A stretch of 64,000 bases of DNA, taken from contig CAZYUH010000001.1 in the NCBI GenBank assembly GCA_964650645.1, forward strand, positions 639,202-703,201, read 5' to 3'. Origin of the DNA: an uncultured Candidatus Saccharibacteria bacterium. Lineage in GTDB: Bacteria > Patescibacteriota > Minisyncoccia > Phycocordibacterales > SBAW01. Positions 47,218 through 59,975 of this stretch are shown piece by piece. The translations under genes were made by a program, and so were the position numbers. How positions within the stretch are numbered: position 1 is the first letter of the stretch; each line of letters opens with the position of its first letter. The notes under the pieces were generated by a model. The model searched no databases, was not told the origin of the DNA, and was given only the letters and a program-made list of their open reading frames with translations.

Positions 47218-47559
47218 CTACTTTTGAAGCTCGTCTATTTTCGCCGCCAAAATGAAATCGTTCTCGCTCAGGCCGCCTATCGCGTGGGTGCTCAGCTCGA
47301 CGCCCAAGGTGCTGTAGGACACGCTGAGATCCGGGTGGTGCTGCTCCTCTTCGGCAAGCGCCGCTATCTTATTGACGAACGCCATCGTCTCGACGAAGTC
47401 GCGGAAGGCGTACGTGTTGGCGAGGATGCGCCCGCCGTCTATGAGCATCCACGAGGGGCTCAGCTGCTTGAGCAGCTCCCTTGCCGCCTCAGCGGAGAGC
47501 GGCGGGACGCCGCCCTCGCAGGGCGCGCATTTCCTCTTAGCGAGCTTTTCGTCCGGCAT
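47218..47559 (-). CDS. phhB: Pterin-4-alpha-carbinolamine dehydratase
   Basis: CxxC...W...FxDF...EEEQHHPD...STH...GLSENDFILAAKID matches PCD/DCoH family. Confidence 0.8.
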   Translation of the reverse strand: MPDEKLAKRKCAPCEGGVPPLSAEAARELLKQLSPSWMLIDGGRILANTYAFRDFVETMAFVNKIAALAEEEQHHPDLSVSYSTLGVELSTHAIGGLSENDFILAAKIDELQK

Positions 47560-48517
47560 GCGCCAATGCTACCACATGGTCCAAAAATGCGGATAATGAC
47601 GTCCCGACAGCCTTGAGCGCCCGGGGAAGGAGCGACTCCCCTATGAGCCCCGGCAGGGTGTTCACCTCCAAGAAAAAGATGCCGCGCTTCGAGACGATGA
47701 AGTCCGAGCGCGAGTAATGCGAAAGGCCCAGGCCTTCGTGCACCGCGCGGGCGACGCGCTCGAGCTCGGCCTTCTGCTCTTCGGAAAAGCGGCTGGGCAC
47801 ATGCTCCCTGGTCTGGCCGCCGTATTTCGCCTCGTACGTGAAGAACGGATGGTGCGCCGGCGGCACTATCTCGACCGGCATCAGCGCGTACGCGCGCTCA
47901 TTGCGGAAGTCGTCGAGCACGCCTACGGTCGCCTCGCGCCCGGCGATGTATTCTTCCACGAGCACTTTGGGCGAATGCGCAGCGGCGTCGCGCAGGGCGT
48001 GCTCCAGCCCGTGGTACGTATGCGCGACATGCGTCCCGACCGACGAGCCGCCCGATACGGGCTTTATAACCGCCGGATGCGGGAACGTGCGGAAAATTTT
48101 GCGCGCGAGCTCCTCGATTTCGCCCTCGCGGGCAGGCTCGAGCACGATGCCGTGCGGCACCTTAACGCCGAGCTTCCTCGCGGCCTCCTTCGCGTGCTGC
48201 TTATTGAACGCGATGGCCGAGGAGAACGCGTCCGAGCCCGTGTAGGGCACGCCGAGCGAGTCGAGCTGGCGCTGGATGCGGCCGTCCTCGCCGTATTCGC
48301 CGTGCAGGGCGTTGAAGGCCACGTCGACGCCCTTGAGCGCGCGCTCGGGGCTCTGCGCCACGCCGTGCATGTGCCACTCGCCCGCGCGGTCTATGAAGAT
48401 GTCGCGCGGCTCGTACTTCTCGCGGTCGAGCGCCTCAAGCACCGAGGCGCCCGTCCTGAGCGACACCTCGTACTCGCGGCTGGGACCCCCGCGCAGGACG
48501 CCGACGACCTTTCTCAT
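47537..48517 (-). CDS. ddl: D-alanine--D-alanine ligase
   Basis: ATP-grasp; VGVLRGGPSREYEVSL, EVNTLPGL motifs. Confidence 0.9.
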   Translation of the reverse strand: MRKVVGVLRGGPSREYEVSLRTGASVLEALDREKYEPRDIFIDRAGEWHMHGVAQSPERALKGVDVAFNALHGEYGEDGRIQRQLDSLGVPYTGSDAFSSAIAFNKQHAKEAARKLGVKVPHGIVLEPAREGEIEELARKIFRTFPHPAVIKPVSGGSSVGTHVAHTYHGLEHALRDAAAHSPKVLVEEYIAGREATVGVLDDFRNERAYALMPVEIVPPAHHPFFTYEAKYGGQTREHVPSRFSEEQKAELERVARAVHEGLGLSHYSRSDFIVSKRGIFFLEVNTLPGLIGESLLPRALKAVGTSLSAFLDHVVALAHAGRKAR

Positions 48518-48593
48518 GCTTTCCAGTATAGCGTATTTTTGCTACCGTAATACGCGGAACCACACCCAGCACACAAACAGGAGCACACGCGCG

Positions 48594-48899
48594 ATGCCCG
48601 ACCCGAAAGAATGCGACGACGCGGCCCGGCGGTATTTCGAGCAGATGACGCCGGAGCGGCACAGAGAGGCGTACGCGCAGCTCTTCCATACCTACCTCGA
48701 TAATTTCGAGGACGGCCGCGTCCGGCGGGTCGAGGAAGGCCGCGACCAAATGTCGTGCCTCCTCACGTTCGGCAAGATATCCGACGCCGACAGGCGCGCC
48801 ATAGAGGCGAAGACCTACCGCCTCCGGGCGGAACTCCGAAGCATGAAGAGCGGGCCCGGCGCGGCCAGCGAAGAACAGCTCCCCACCACCCTGCATTAG
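48594..48899 (+). CDS. Hypothetical protein (101 aa)
   Basis: Internal Met of ORF 48276..48899 (upstream part is antisense to ddl); GC3-rich. Confidence 0.4.
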   Translation: MPDPKECDDAARRYFEQMTPERHREAYAQLFHTYLDNFEDGRVRRVEEGRDQMSCLLTFGKISDADRRAIEAKTYRLRAELRSMKSGPGAASEEQLPTTLH

Positions 48900-48909
48900 C
48901 GCAGGCGCC

Positions 48910-48927
48910 GCCGGCCCAAGGGCCGGC
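48910..48927. terminator. Bidirectional terminator hairpin
   Basis: GCCGGCCC-AA-GGGCCGGC between convergent genes. Confidence 0.5.
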
Positions 48928-48933
48928 GTTCTG

Positions 48934-50271
48934 CTATCCGAGCAGGCTCTTGCGCGTCTTCTTCCGATTGAACGAAATAGCAAAGCGGTGCGCCTCGGCG
49001 TTGGCAAGGAGTATGTCGCGCTCGCGGTCCTTTATTGCGTCGCGGTCGCCTGCGATGCTGCGCGGTCGGTGCTTCTCGTCCTTCACCACCCCGACGACCG
49101 GAATCTTCACGCCGTAGCGCGCCAGCACGCGCTCGGCGGCGTTCATCTGCGCCTTGTGGCCGTCCACCACGATAAGCTTCGGCATCGGCCACTCGTCGTG
49201 CCCCAGCCGGCGCGACAGCACTTCGCGCAAAGACCCCGGATCATCCCCTCCTTTCGCCTCTTTTATATTGAATTTGCGGTATTCCAACTTGTTTGCCAGG
49301 CCGCCCTCGACGACGGTCATGACGCCAACGTGGCCCGTGCCGGCCAGATGCGCGATATCGTACGCCTCGATGCGGCTCGCCTGCGCCGGATTGCTCCCCC
49401 GGTACTCCTCTTTTATGAGCGACACGTCCTGTATGTGCGTCAATCCGAACAGCTGCTCGCGCAGGCGCGCGGCTTCCTCGAACCGCTCTTCCTTTGCGGC
49501 CGCCTTCATCTGCCGCTCCATCGAGGCGACAAGCTGCTTTTTTTTGCCCTGGAACAGGAGCGCTATGTGGCGCACGATGCGGCGGTACTCGGCCTTCCCC
49601 ATCGCGCCCGAGCACACGCCCGGGCACAAGCCAATGGACGCGTCGAAGCACGGCTTGCACGCCTTCCCGCGCTTTTCCTGCTCCTCGCACGGAGCGCATT
49701 TCGTGCGGTACGGGAAAATCTTGCGGATGAGCTTCATCGCCTGCCCAAGCTGCATCCCGTGCGGGAACGGCCCGAACACATGGCTGTACTCCGGCGCAGG
49801 GAAAGAGCTTTCTGAGGAGCTCCGCAGGCGACCGCCGAGGATTTGGCGATTTTCCCCGGAAAATCGCGCACCCGAAGAAAGCTGCTTTCCCTGCGCCAGC
49901 TCCTTACCCCTGACAACGAGCACGCGAGGATAGTCCTCCTTCGTTATCACGACGTGGTTGAAGCTCTTATCGTCCTTGAGGTCGGTGTTGTAATCGGGCC
50001 GGTGCGTGCGTATGAGCGACGCCTCCAAGAGGAGCGCTTCCAGCACCGAATCGGTCTCGCGGAAGTCGATGCTTTGCGCCTTATCGAGCATCTCGACCAA
50101 CAGCGGCCCGCGGGTATCCATGAGGTCTTTCGCGAAGTAGCTGCGCACGCGGTCGCGCAGGCTCGTGGCCTTGCCGATGTACAGGAGCTTCTTGTTCTTC
50201 CCCAAGAAGAAGTACACGCCCGGCGCATCGGGAAGCTTGGACTTTTTTTTATTGAATTGCTCCAGGTGCAT
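48934..50271 (-). CDS. uvrC: Excinuclease ABC subunit C, short form lacking C-terminal (HhH)2 domain
   Basis: GIY-YIG N-terminus (GVYFFLGKNKKLLYIGKA), UvrBC-like and RNase-H-like endonuclease domains; 445 aa from MHLEQF. Confidence 0.8.
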   Translation of the reverse strand: MHLEQFNKKKSKLPDAPGVYFFLGKNKKLLYIGKATSLRDRVRSYFAKDLMDTRGPLLVEMLDKAQSIDFRETDSVLEALLLEASLIRTHRPDYNTDLKDDKSFNHVVITKEDYPRVLVVRGKELAQGKQLSSGARFSGENRQILGGRLRSSSESSFPAPEYSHVFGPFPHGMQLGQAMKLIRKIFPYRTKCAPCEEQEKRGKACKPCFDASIGLCPGVCSGAMGKAEYRRIVRHIALLFQGKKKQLVASMERQMKAAAKEERFEEAARLREQLFGLTHIQDVSLIKEEYRGSNPAQASRIEAYDIAHLAGTGHVGVMTVVEGGLANKLEYRKFNIKEAKGGDDPGSLREVLSRRLGHDEWPMPKLIVVDGHKAQMNAAERVLARYGVKIPVVGVVKDEKHRPRSIAGDRDAIKDRERDILLANAEAHRFAISFNRKKTRKSLLG

Positions 50272-50336
50272 GTTGACAACAGTATACCACGATGTTATAA
50301 AAAGCACAGTACAGTAGTGCGTAAAAGGAGTACGGG

Positions 50337-50666
50337 ATGAAGATTGTCAGTACGTACTTGGAAATTGATTTCAAGGACGAAGTGCTTGAGTCGCTCCCGA
50401 GAACGACGAGAATAGACGGCATCGAGGTGCTGAAAAGGGTGAGGGCGTCGCTCGGCTTGAAGATACGGAAGACGGCCGAGCGTAAAAGCCGGGAACTGCT
50501 CGAAAATAATCCTGACACAATCTCAATCGAGCATGCGGTCGAGTACGTGAACAAGACCGCCCTGACCTACGATAACGTGATAGCGATGCTCATCTTCCTG
50601 CTGCAGCAAGGGAAAGTGGCCGCAGCCTACGCCGGGCCCTTGCCGGTGTTCCAGCGCATCGACTGA
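50337..50666 (+). CDS. Hypothetical protein (109 aa)
   Basis: GC-typical codon usage, own terminator downstream. Confidence 0.4.
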   Translation: MKIVSTYLEIDFKDEVLESLPRTTRIDGIEVLKRVRASLGLKIRKTAERKSRELLENNPDTISIEHAVEYVNKTALTYDNVIAMLIFLLQQGKVAAAYAGPLPVFQRID

Positions 50667-50668
50667 AT

Positions 50669-50696
50669 GCCCCGCCTCGAAAGAGGCGGGTTTTCC
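50669..50696 (+). terminator. Rho-independent terminator
   Basis: GCCCCGCCTC-GAAA-GAGGCGGG followed by TTTTCC. Confidence 0.6.
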
Positions 50697-53330
<2,634 letters not shown>

Positions 53331-53461
53331 CATGCGGGTAGTGCGATACACAACTCCTATACAGACGCGACAAGACCCACGGATGATCCGGGGGTAAGCC
53401 TATGTGTATGCATGCGTACTATACCACAAAGCGCCCGATTAAGGCAGGCGGAAAAATAAAA

Positions 53462-53505
53462 GGCCCTCGCTGCGACCGTCTCAAAAAGGGACGGGAGCGA
53501 GGGCC
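53462..53505 (-). terminator. Rho-independent terminator between uvrB and uvrA
   Basis: GGCCCTCGCT...AGCGAGGGCC 10-bp stem followed on the minus strand by TTTTATTTTT. Confidence 0.65.
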
Positions 53506-53674
53506 TTCGTCGTGCCGCCGCGGATTGGAAACGCGCGGCACGGATTCGAAGACTCGGAATTTCTCAAAAAGAACGGGGCGGACGCCGAGGCCGGGTGGGG
53601 GCCCTTCCTCCACGAATGGGGGCGGCTTCTGCAGAAGCCATGTTCGTTGGAGGATGCCCCGACGTCCATATATA

Positions 53675-53703
53675 ATAATACACCCTTTAGATACACATGT
53701 CAA
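53675..53703 (-). promoter_or_regulatory. Consensus-like sigma70 promoter (TTGACA-17-TATTAT) 28 nt downstream of the uvrB stop
   Basis: Minus strand TTGACAtgtgtatctaaagggtgTATTAT; points toward the terminator at 53505-53462 and uvrA. Confidence 0.45.
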
Positions 53704-53730
53704 CTGCACGCTCCCGCCCCGCAAAAACGC

Positions 53731-55836
53731 TTATGCCTTGCGCTTTTTCGCCTTCTCTTTGGAGTCGCGCTGCGCGCGCTTTACCTTTCCCGCGTCCGCG
53801 CCGCGCAGGGCCGAGCGCTTGGGCGGCGCGCCGTTCGTAATAGCATACATCTCGTCGCGCAGTATGGCCGCGGTCTCGAAGTCGAGGTTCTGCACCGCGT
53901 CGGCCATGGCCGCGCGCTTTTCCGCGATGAATTTCTTCGGGTCCTTCTCGTACAGGCTCTTGTCCACGTCCAAGAGCTGCTGGACCGCGCGGCCGTGCTC
54001 GGAGCGCAACTCCTCGGTAATGTCCCTTATCGCCTTCTTGATGGTGGTAGGCGTGATGCCGTGCTCCTTGTTGTAGGCCATCTGTATGGCGCGGCGGCGG
54101 GCGGTCTCGCCCATCGCCTTCTTCAGCGACTCGGTCTCCTGGTCGGCGTACAGGATGACGCGGCCGCCCACGTTGCGCGCGGCGCGGCCGATGGTCTGTA
54201 TGAGCGAGGTTTCGGAGCGCAGGAAGCCCTCCTTGTCGGCGTCGAGTATCGCCACCAGCTCGACCTCGGGCAAATCGAGACCTTCGCGCAGGAGGTTGAC
54301 GCCCACCAGCACGTCGTACTCGCCTTTCCTGAGGTCGGTCAGTATCGTGATGCGGTCGAGCGTCTCGATGTCGGAATGGAGGTACGCCGCCTTGTAGCCG
54401 CGCTCTTTCAGGTATTCGGACAAATCCTCGGCCATCTTCTTGGTGAGCGTCGTTATGAGCACGCGCGCGCCGCGGTCTATGACGGCCGTCGCTTCTTCCA
54501 GCACGTCCTGCACCTGGCCCTTGGCGCCGGCCGTGCCGGTCACGGGACGCACGATAATGTCCGGATCGACAAGGCCGGTGGGGCGGATGATCTGCTCGAC
54601 GATGTTCCTGCCCGACTTTTCCCGCTCGTACGCCCCAGGCGTCGCCGACGTGTAAATGACCTGCCCCACGCGCTCCTCGAACTCCTCGAACTTGAGCGGG
54701 CGGTTGTCTATGGCTGACGGAAGGCGGAAGCCGTAGTCTATGAGGTTGACCTTGCGGGCGCGGTCGCCCTCGTACATGCCGCCAATCTGCGAGACGGTCA
54801 CGTGGCTCTCGTCTATTATGGTGAGGAAGTCCGGCGTGCCGTCCGGCTTGTGCGGGAAGTACGCCAGCAGCGAGTAAGGCGGCTCGCCGGGCTTGCGGCC
54901 GTCGAAGTGGCGCGAGTAGTTCTCGATGCCGTTGCAGTAGCCCATCTCGCGGATGCGCGCCAAATCGTAGTTCGTGCGGCGCTTGAGCCGCTCGGCCTCG
55001 AGCGTCTTGCCGGCGGCCTCGAGCCTGGCCAGCTGCTCCTTCAGCTCGTTCCTTATCTTCTCTATCGCGCGCAGGCGCTCGTCCTCGGGCGTCACGTAGT
55101 GCTTAGCCGGGAACAGGAACAGCGACGCGCCCGAGCTTACCTGCGCGCGCGTCGTTGCGTCTATGACGCGCACATCGCCGATTTTCTCGCCCGCAAAGTC
55201 CACCTTGTATATGACGCGCTCGCCTGTCGGCATTATCTCTACGCTGTTTCCCAGGGCGCGGAACTTGCCCGGCTCCAAATCGGCGGTCGTGCGCTCGAAG
55301 TAGATGTCGATGAGCTCGCGGATGAGCTCGGCGCGGCTCTTTGTGAGCCCCGCGCCGATTTCCAAATGCACCTTGCGGTACTCTTCAGGCGAGCCGAGCG
55401 CGTAAATGCACGACACTGACGCGACGATGATGACGTCCTTGCGCGTAAGCAGGGCCTGGGTCGAGGCGTGGCGCAGGCGGTCAATTTCCTGGTTTATCTG
55501 CGCCTCCTTCTCTATATACGTGTCGGAGGTCGGGATGTAGGCCTCCGGCTGGTAGTAGTCGTAATAGGATACGAAGTAGTGCACCGCCGCGTCGGGAAAT
55601 AAGTCGCGATACTCCTGCGCCAACTGGGCGGCCAGCGTCTTGTTGTGGGCTATAACCAGGGTCGGCTTGCCTATTTGCGCGATAACGTTAGCGCCGGTGA
55701 ACGTCTTGCCCGAGCCGGTAACGCCCAGAAGGGTCTGGTGGCGCTCGCCGGCCTTGATGCCCTTAACGAGCGCTTCTATGGCGCGGGGCTGGTCGCCAGC
55801 CGGGGCGTGGGCAGATTTAATGGTGAAAGTCGCCAT
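53731..55836 (-). CDS. uvrB: Excinuclease ABC subunit B
   Basis: [17 protein letters not shown] Walker A, helicase motifs, C-terminal UVR domain. Confidence 0.95.
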   Translation of the reverse strand: MATFTIKSAHAPAGDQPRAIEALVKGIKAGERHQTLLGVTGSGKTFTGANVIAQIGKPTLVIAHNKTLAAQLAQEYRDLFPDAAVHYFVSYYDYYQPEAYIPTSDTYIEKEAQINQEIDRLRHASTQALLTRKDVIIVASVSCIYALGSPEEYRKVHLEIGAGLTKSRAELIRELIDIYFERTTADLEPGKFRALGNSVEIMPTGERVIYKVDFAGEKIGDVRVIDATTRAQVSSGASLFLFPAKHYVTPEDERLRAIEKIRNELKEQLARLEAAGKTLEAERLKRRTNYDLARIREMGYCNGIENYSRHFDGRKPGEPPYSLLAYFPHKPDGTPDFLTIIDESHVTVSQIGGMYEGDRARKVNLIDYGFRLPSAIDNRPLKFEEFEERVGQVIYTSATPGAYEREKSGRNIVEQIIRPTGLVDPDIIVRPVTGTAGAKGQVQDVLEEATAVIDRGARVLITTLTKKMAEDLSEYLKERGYKAAYLHSDIETLDRITILTDLRKGEYDVLVGVNLLREGLDLPEVELVAILDADKEGFLRSETSLIQTIGRAARNVGGRVILYADQETESLKKAMGETARRRAIQMAYNKEHGITPTTIKKAIRDITEELRSEHGRAVQQLLDVDKSLYEKDPKKFIAEKRAAMADAVQNLDFETAAILRDEMYAITNGAPPKRSALRGADAGKVKRAQRDSKEKAKKRKA

Positions 55837-55865
55837 GCACGCCTACTATAGCAAACGTAAAAGAA

Positions 55866-55892
55866 AAAGACCGCCTTTTTTAAGGGCGGCCA
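55866..55892 (-). terminator. Rho-independent terminator for tgt
   Basis: Minus strand GCCGCCCTTAAAAAAGGCGGTC then TTTTTCTTTT. Confidence 0.5.
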
Positions 55893-55954
55893 CGCTCCTC
55901 AATTACCTTGCATGGTTGGGACACCAGTAACATCAGATGCGCCCAGCTAGTATA

Positions 55955-57175
<1,221 letters not shown>

Positions 57176-57237
57176 TCAAGCCCACTATACAAGAAAACGG
57201 CCCGCGCGCGAGGCGCAGGCCGCTTCGCGCCCGGCCG

Positions 57238-57723
57238 TTACTGCTGGGGCGCGGGCGTAATGGAGACGAGTGATATCTCGAAGGTGAGCGTCGAGTTGCC
57301 GGGAATGGGGCCGTAATCGTTGGGGCCGTAGGCCAGCGACGGCGGAATGGTGATGACGCGCGCGCCGCCCGCCTGCATGCCGACAACGCCCTGCTCGAAC
57401 CCCGGGATGATCTGCCCGGCGCCCAGCGTGAACGTAAGGGGCTCCTTGCCTTCCGAGCTGTCGAACACGGTGCCGTCTGCGAGCCTGCCGGTGTAGTTGA
57501 CCGACACCGTGTCGCCCGCCTTCGCGGCCTCGCCGGTGCCCGCCGACTTCTCCTCGATGGAAATCTGCCCGCCGTCCTGCGGCGCCGCCTGGGCGCCCTG
57601 CTTGCCCGCCACGTTCTCGTCTATGGTGGAGGAACTGAACGGCACGCCGAGTATGAAGAATATGCCGACTACCAGCAGGGTTACCGTTACCGCGATGCCC
57701 GTATACAACGTTGATTTAGCCAT
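57238..57723 (-). CDS. FKBP-type peptidyl-prolyl cis-trans isomerase, membrane-anchored
   Basis: N-terminal TM helix; GDTVSVNYTGRLADGTVFDSS...IPGFEQGVVGMQAGG FKBP core. Confidence 0.8.
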   Translation of the reverse strand: MAKSTLYTGIAVTVTLLVVGIFFILGVPFSSSTIDENVAGKQGAQAAPQDGGQISIEEKSAGTGEAAKAGDTVSVNYTGRLADGTVFDSSEGKEPLTFTLGAGQIIPGFEQGVVGMQAGGARVITIPPSLAYGPNDYGPIPGNSTLTFEISLVSITPAPQQ

Positions 57724-57777
57724 ACCCCAAGCGTACTCCCCCGCCAGCGCGCGGGCAAGAACGCCGTGGGGATACCG

Positions 57778-58905
57778 CTACAGGGAAGGTTCGGCGATGG
57801 GCGCCTCCCGGGGAGGGGTCGCGCGCTCGGTGGAGATGCCGCCGGCTATGTCGCCCGGCGAAAAATTCGCCACGCTCGCGCTCTGCGATGCGCCGGGAAG
57901 GAGCGTTGCGTTCGCCGCGATGAACGTCAGCGCAATGAGCGCGACCGCGAGCCCCGGCAGGAGAAGATCGGTCGGCTGTACCTGGATGCGCACGAAGAAC
58001 GTAAGCGCTATGACGAGCGCGAGCAGCGCCGCGACGCCAGCCAGCACCCACGGGGCGCCGGATCCGAGCGCGTCGGCTATGCGCTCCGCGCGCTCGGCGG
58101 TCGAATCTGCGGGGGCGGAATGCGGTTGGAGCCGGGGTTCAGGAGCCGCATCAGGCTGAGCCTGCACGGGCGCGGGCGCGGGCGGCTCTTCCGCTGCCGC
58201 AAGCGTCTGCGTTTCCGCTCCCGCCACCGCTGAAGGGGCAGGCGCCGGAGCCTCGCTTGCCGGCGTTTCAGGCGCCGCGCCGCTTGCGTCAGCCGCTTGC
58301 GCCTCGCTTGGCTCGGGCGATGCCGCGGCAGCCCGAGCCGGCGAGCCGAAGTACTGCACGACGAACGTGGCCGGGCCGCCCTTATACGTGCCTTCCGCGA
58401 TTCCGACGCCGATTTCGCGGTACTGCGGCTTTACAATGTTGGCGCGGTGCGCGGGCGACGCCATCCATGCGTCCACCACGTCCTTCGAGTCTTCGAAGCG
58501 CACGGCGAGATTCTCGCCCGCGTACGCGTACTCGTAGCCCGCGCGCTCCAGCCACTCCCACGGCTCCTCGCCGCCGGGTCCCACGTGGCTGAAATAACCC
58601 TTCGCGGCCATATCCTCGGCTTTCGCCTGGGCCGCCGCATCCAAAGCGTCGTTCTCGACAAGCGCGCCGCCGCCCCCTTCGCTAGCGCGCGCTTCCTCTG
58701 TGTAAAGAATGACGTCGCTCCTAAGCACCGCCGCTAGGAATACGTCGGGACCCGGCGCGAGCGTATGGCCCAGGATGACGCCCTCGCTCGCGAGCGCGAG
58801 CGCCAGGAAGGCCATGAGCCACCCGCGGCGCAGGATATGCGGCCGGTGCGTGTTCCCGCGCCACGGAAAAAGATGGTTTTTAACGGACCTCCACAGCCTC
58901 ATCAC
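57778..58905 (-). CDS. CAP (SCP/PR-1-like) domain protein with N- and C-terminal TM segments and Ala/Pro-rich linker
   Basis: AAAQAKAEDMAAKGYFSHV...AGENLAVRFEDSKDVVDAWMASPAHRANI matches CAP/YkwD-like domain. Confidence 0.55.
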   Translation of the reverse strand: MMRLWRSVKNHLFPWRGNTHRPHILRRGWLMAFLALALASEGVILGHTLAPGPDVFLAAVLRSDVILYTEEARASEGGGGALVENDALDAAAQAKAEDMAAKGYFSHVGPGGEEPWEWLERAGYEYAYAGENLAVRFEDSKDVVDAWMASPAHRANIVKPQYREIGVGIAEGTYKGGPATFVVQYFGSPARAAAASPEPSEAQAADASGAAPETPASEAPAPAPSAVAGAETQTLAAAEEPPAPAPVQAQPDAAPEPRLQPHSAPADSTAERAERIADALGSGAPWVLAGVAALLALVIALTFFVRIQVQPTDLLLPGLAVALIALTFIAANATLLPGASQSASVANFSPGDIAGGISTERATPPREAPIAEPSL

Positions 58906-59411
58906 CTCCTATCATATACGACAAAAGCCCGGGAAGGGCTTTTTGCGAACGCAGAGGAGTGAATTGCGCATCAAAAAGGCGCGTATCGATATTTCCAGTG
59001 CCGCCGCTTCGCGCCACAAGAGAAAGAACTTGACATTTTTTATAAAATTGCCGTATATTCCATACTTGGTATGCAGTTTTTCGTTCCTGCCTCATCCTAT
59101 ACAGACTGCCAACCCGCGAGGTAAAGCTAATGGAAGAACCCACTCTGCCCAGGGGGGCCGGAAGAGTATCCCCTTCGAGCGAGCTTGCGTGGCCGAAAAA
59201 GCGATCTCTCGACGACAGGCTGTTCTCCAGAACAGAGCACCTGCGCCAGAAGCCCCCTTCAGGGCGCGATCCGCAGGAAGTGCGGCATTCCTCAGGAGTA
59301 GACGCAACACGCGCGGATTCCTGACAAGGAGCCGTGCGCGAAGACGGCGGCGCCAGGTATGGTGCCGCCTTTTCTTATGCGTTCTTCGCTCGCAGCGCGC
59401 GGAAAGCTTCT

Positions 59412-59942
59412 TTAGGAAAACCAGGAAAAGAAGCCGGCAACAAGACTGCGCAGGGAATTCAATATAAGCGCCGCTATTCCCGTCCCCTCCTGGCCTGGCG
59501 CAGGCTCGCTTGGGGCTGGCGGCTCCGCGAACTCCGCCTGCGCGCTCGCGCTCGCTTTGTCATTATCCCCGTCACGGACCGCGTCGGCCTCGGCGGGAAT
59601 GACCTTTTTTACGACAGGCGCGGCGCCCTGCTTCGTTTCAATAACCGTTTCCTTCGGCGTGGACTGCACCGACACGCTCACGTCGCCTGAAGCCGAATCG
59701 TAAGACTCCTCGTGCACGGCGCCGTTCGCGTTGGTCTTTATGTAGACGCTTGAAGTCGAGGTGCCGTGCGCGTTGGTTGTCGAGACCGAAGCGGACGCGC
59801 CGCCCGTCCTTACGACGCCGCCCGGACCGGCCGTATTGCCGCCCGTGTTGGAGCTGGCGCTGGTATGGCTGTATATTTCGGCGCGTGCCATGGCGGGAAT
59901 AAAGGCTACAAGCGCGAGACTGATAAGGAGTGCGTACGGCAT
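59412..59942 (-). CDS. Secreted Ser/Thr/Ala-rich protein, hypothetical
   Basis: Signal peptide MPYALLISLALVAFIPAMARA; no family. Confidence 0.4.
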   Translation of the reverse strand: MPYALLISLALVAFIPAMARAEIYSHTSASSNTGGNTAGPGGVVRTGGASASVSTTNAHGTSTSSVYIKTNANGAVHEESYDSASGDVSVSVQSTPKETVIETKQGAAPVVKKVIPAEADAVRDGDNDKASASAQAEFAEPPAPSEPAPGQEGTGIAALILNSLRSLVAGFFSWFS

Positions 59943-59975
59943 ACGGCTACTGTAGCACGCGGCATCTGTAGATTC

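Noticed and set aside
48276-48593. 5' extension of plus-strand ORF 48276..48899
   Set aside because: It overlaps ddl on the opposite strand and has a Ser/Arg-rich antisense-like composition. The gene is taken to start at the ATG at 48594.
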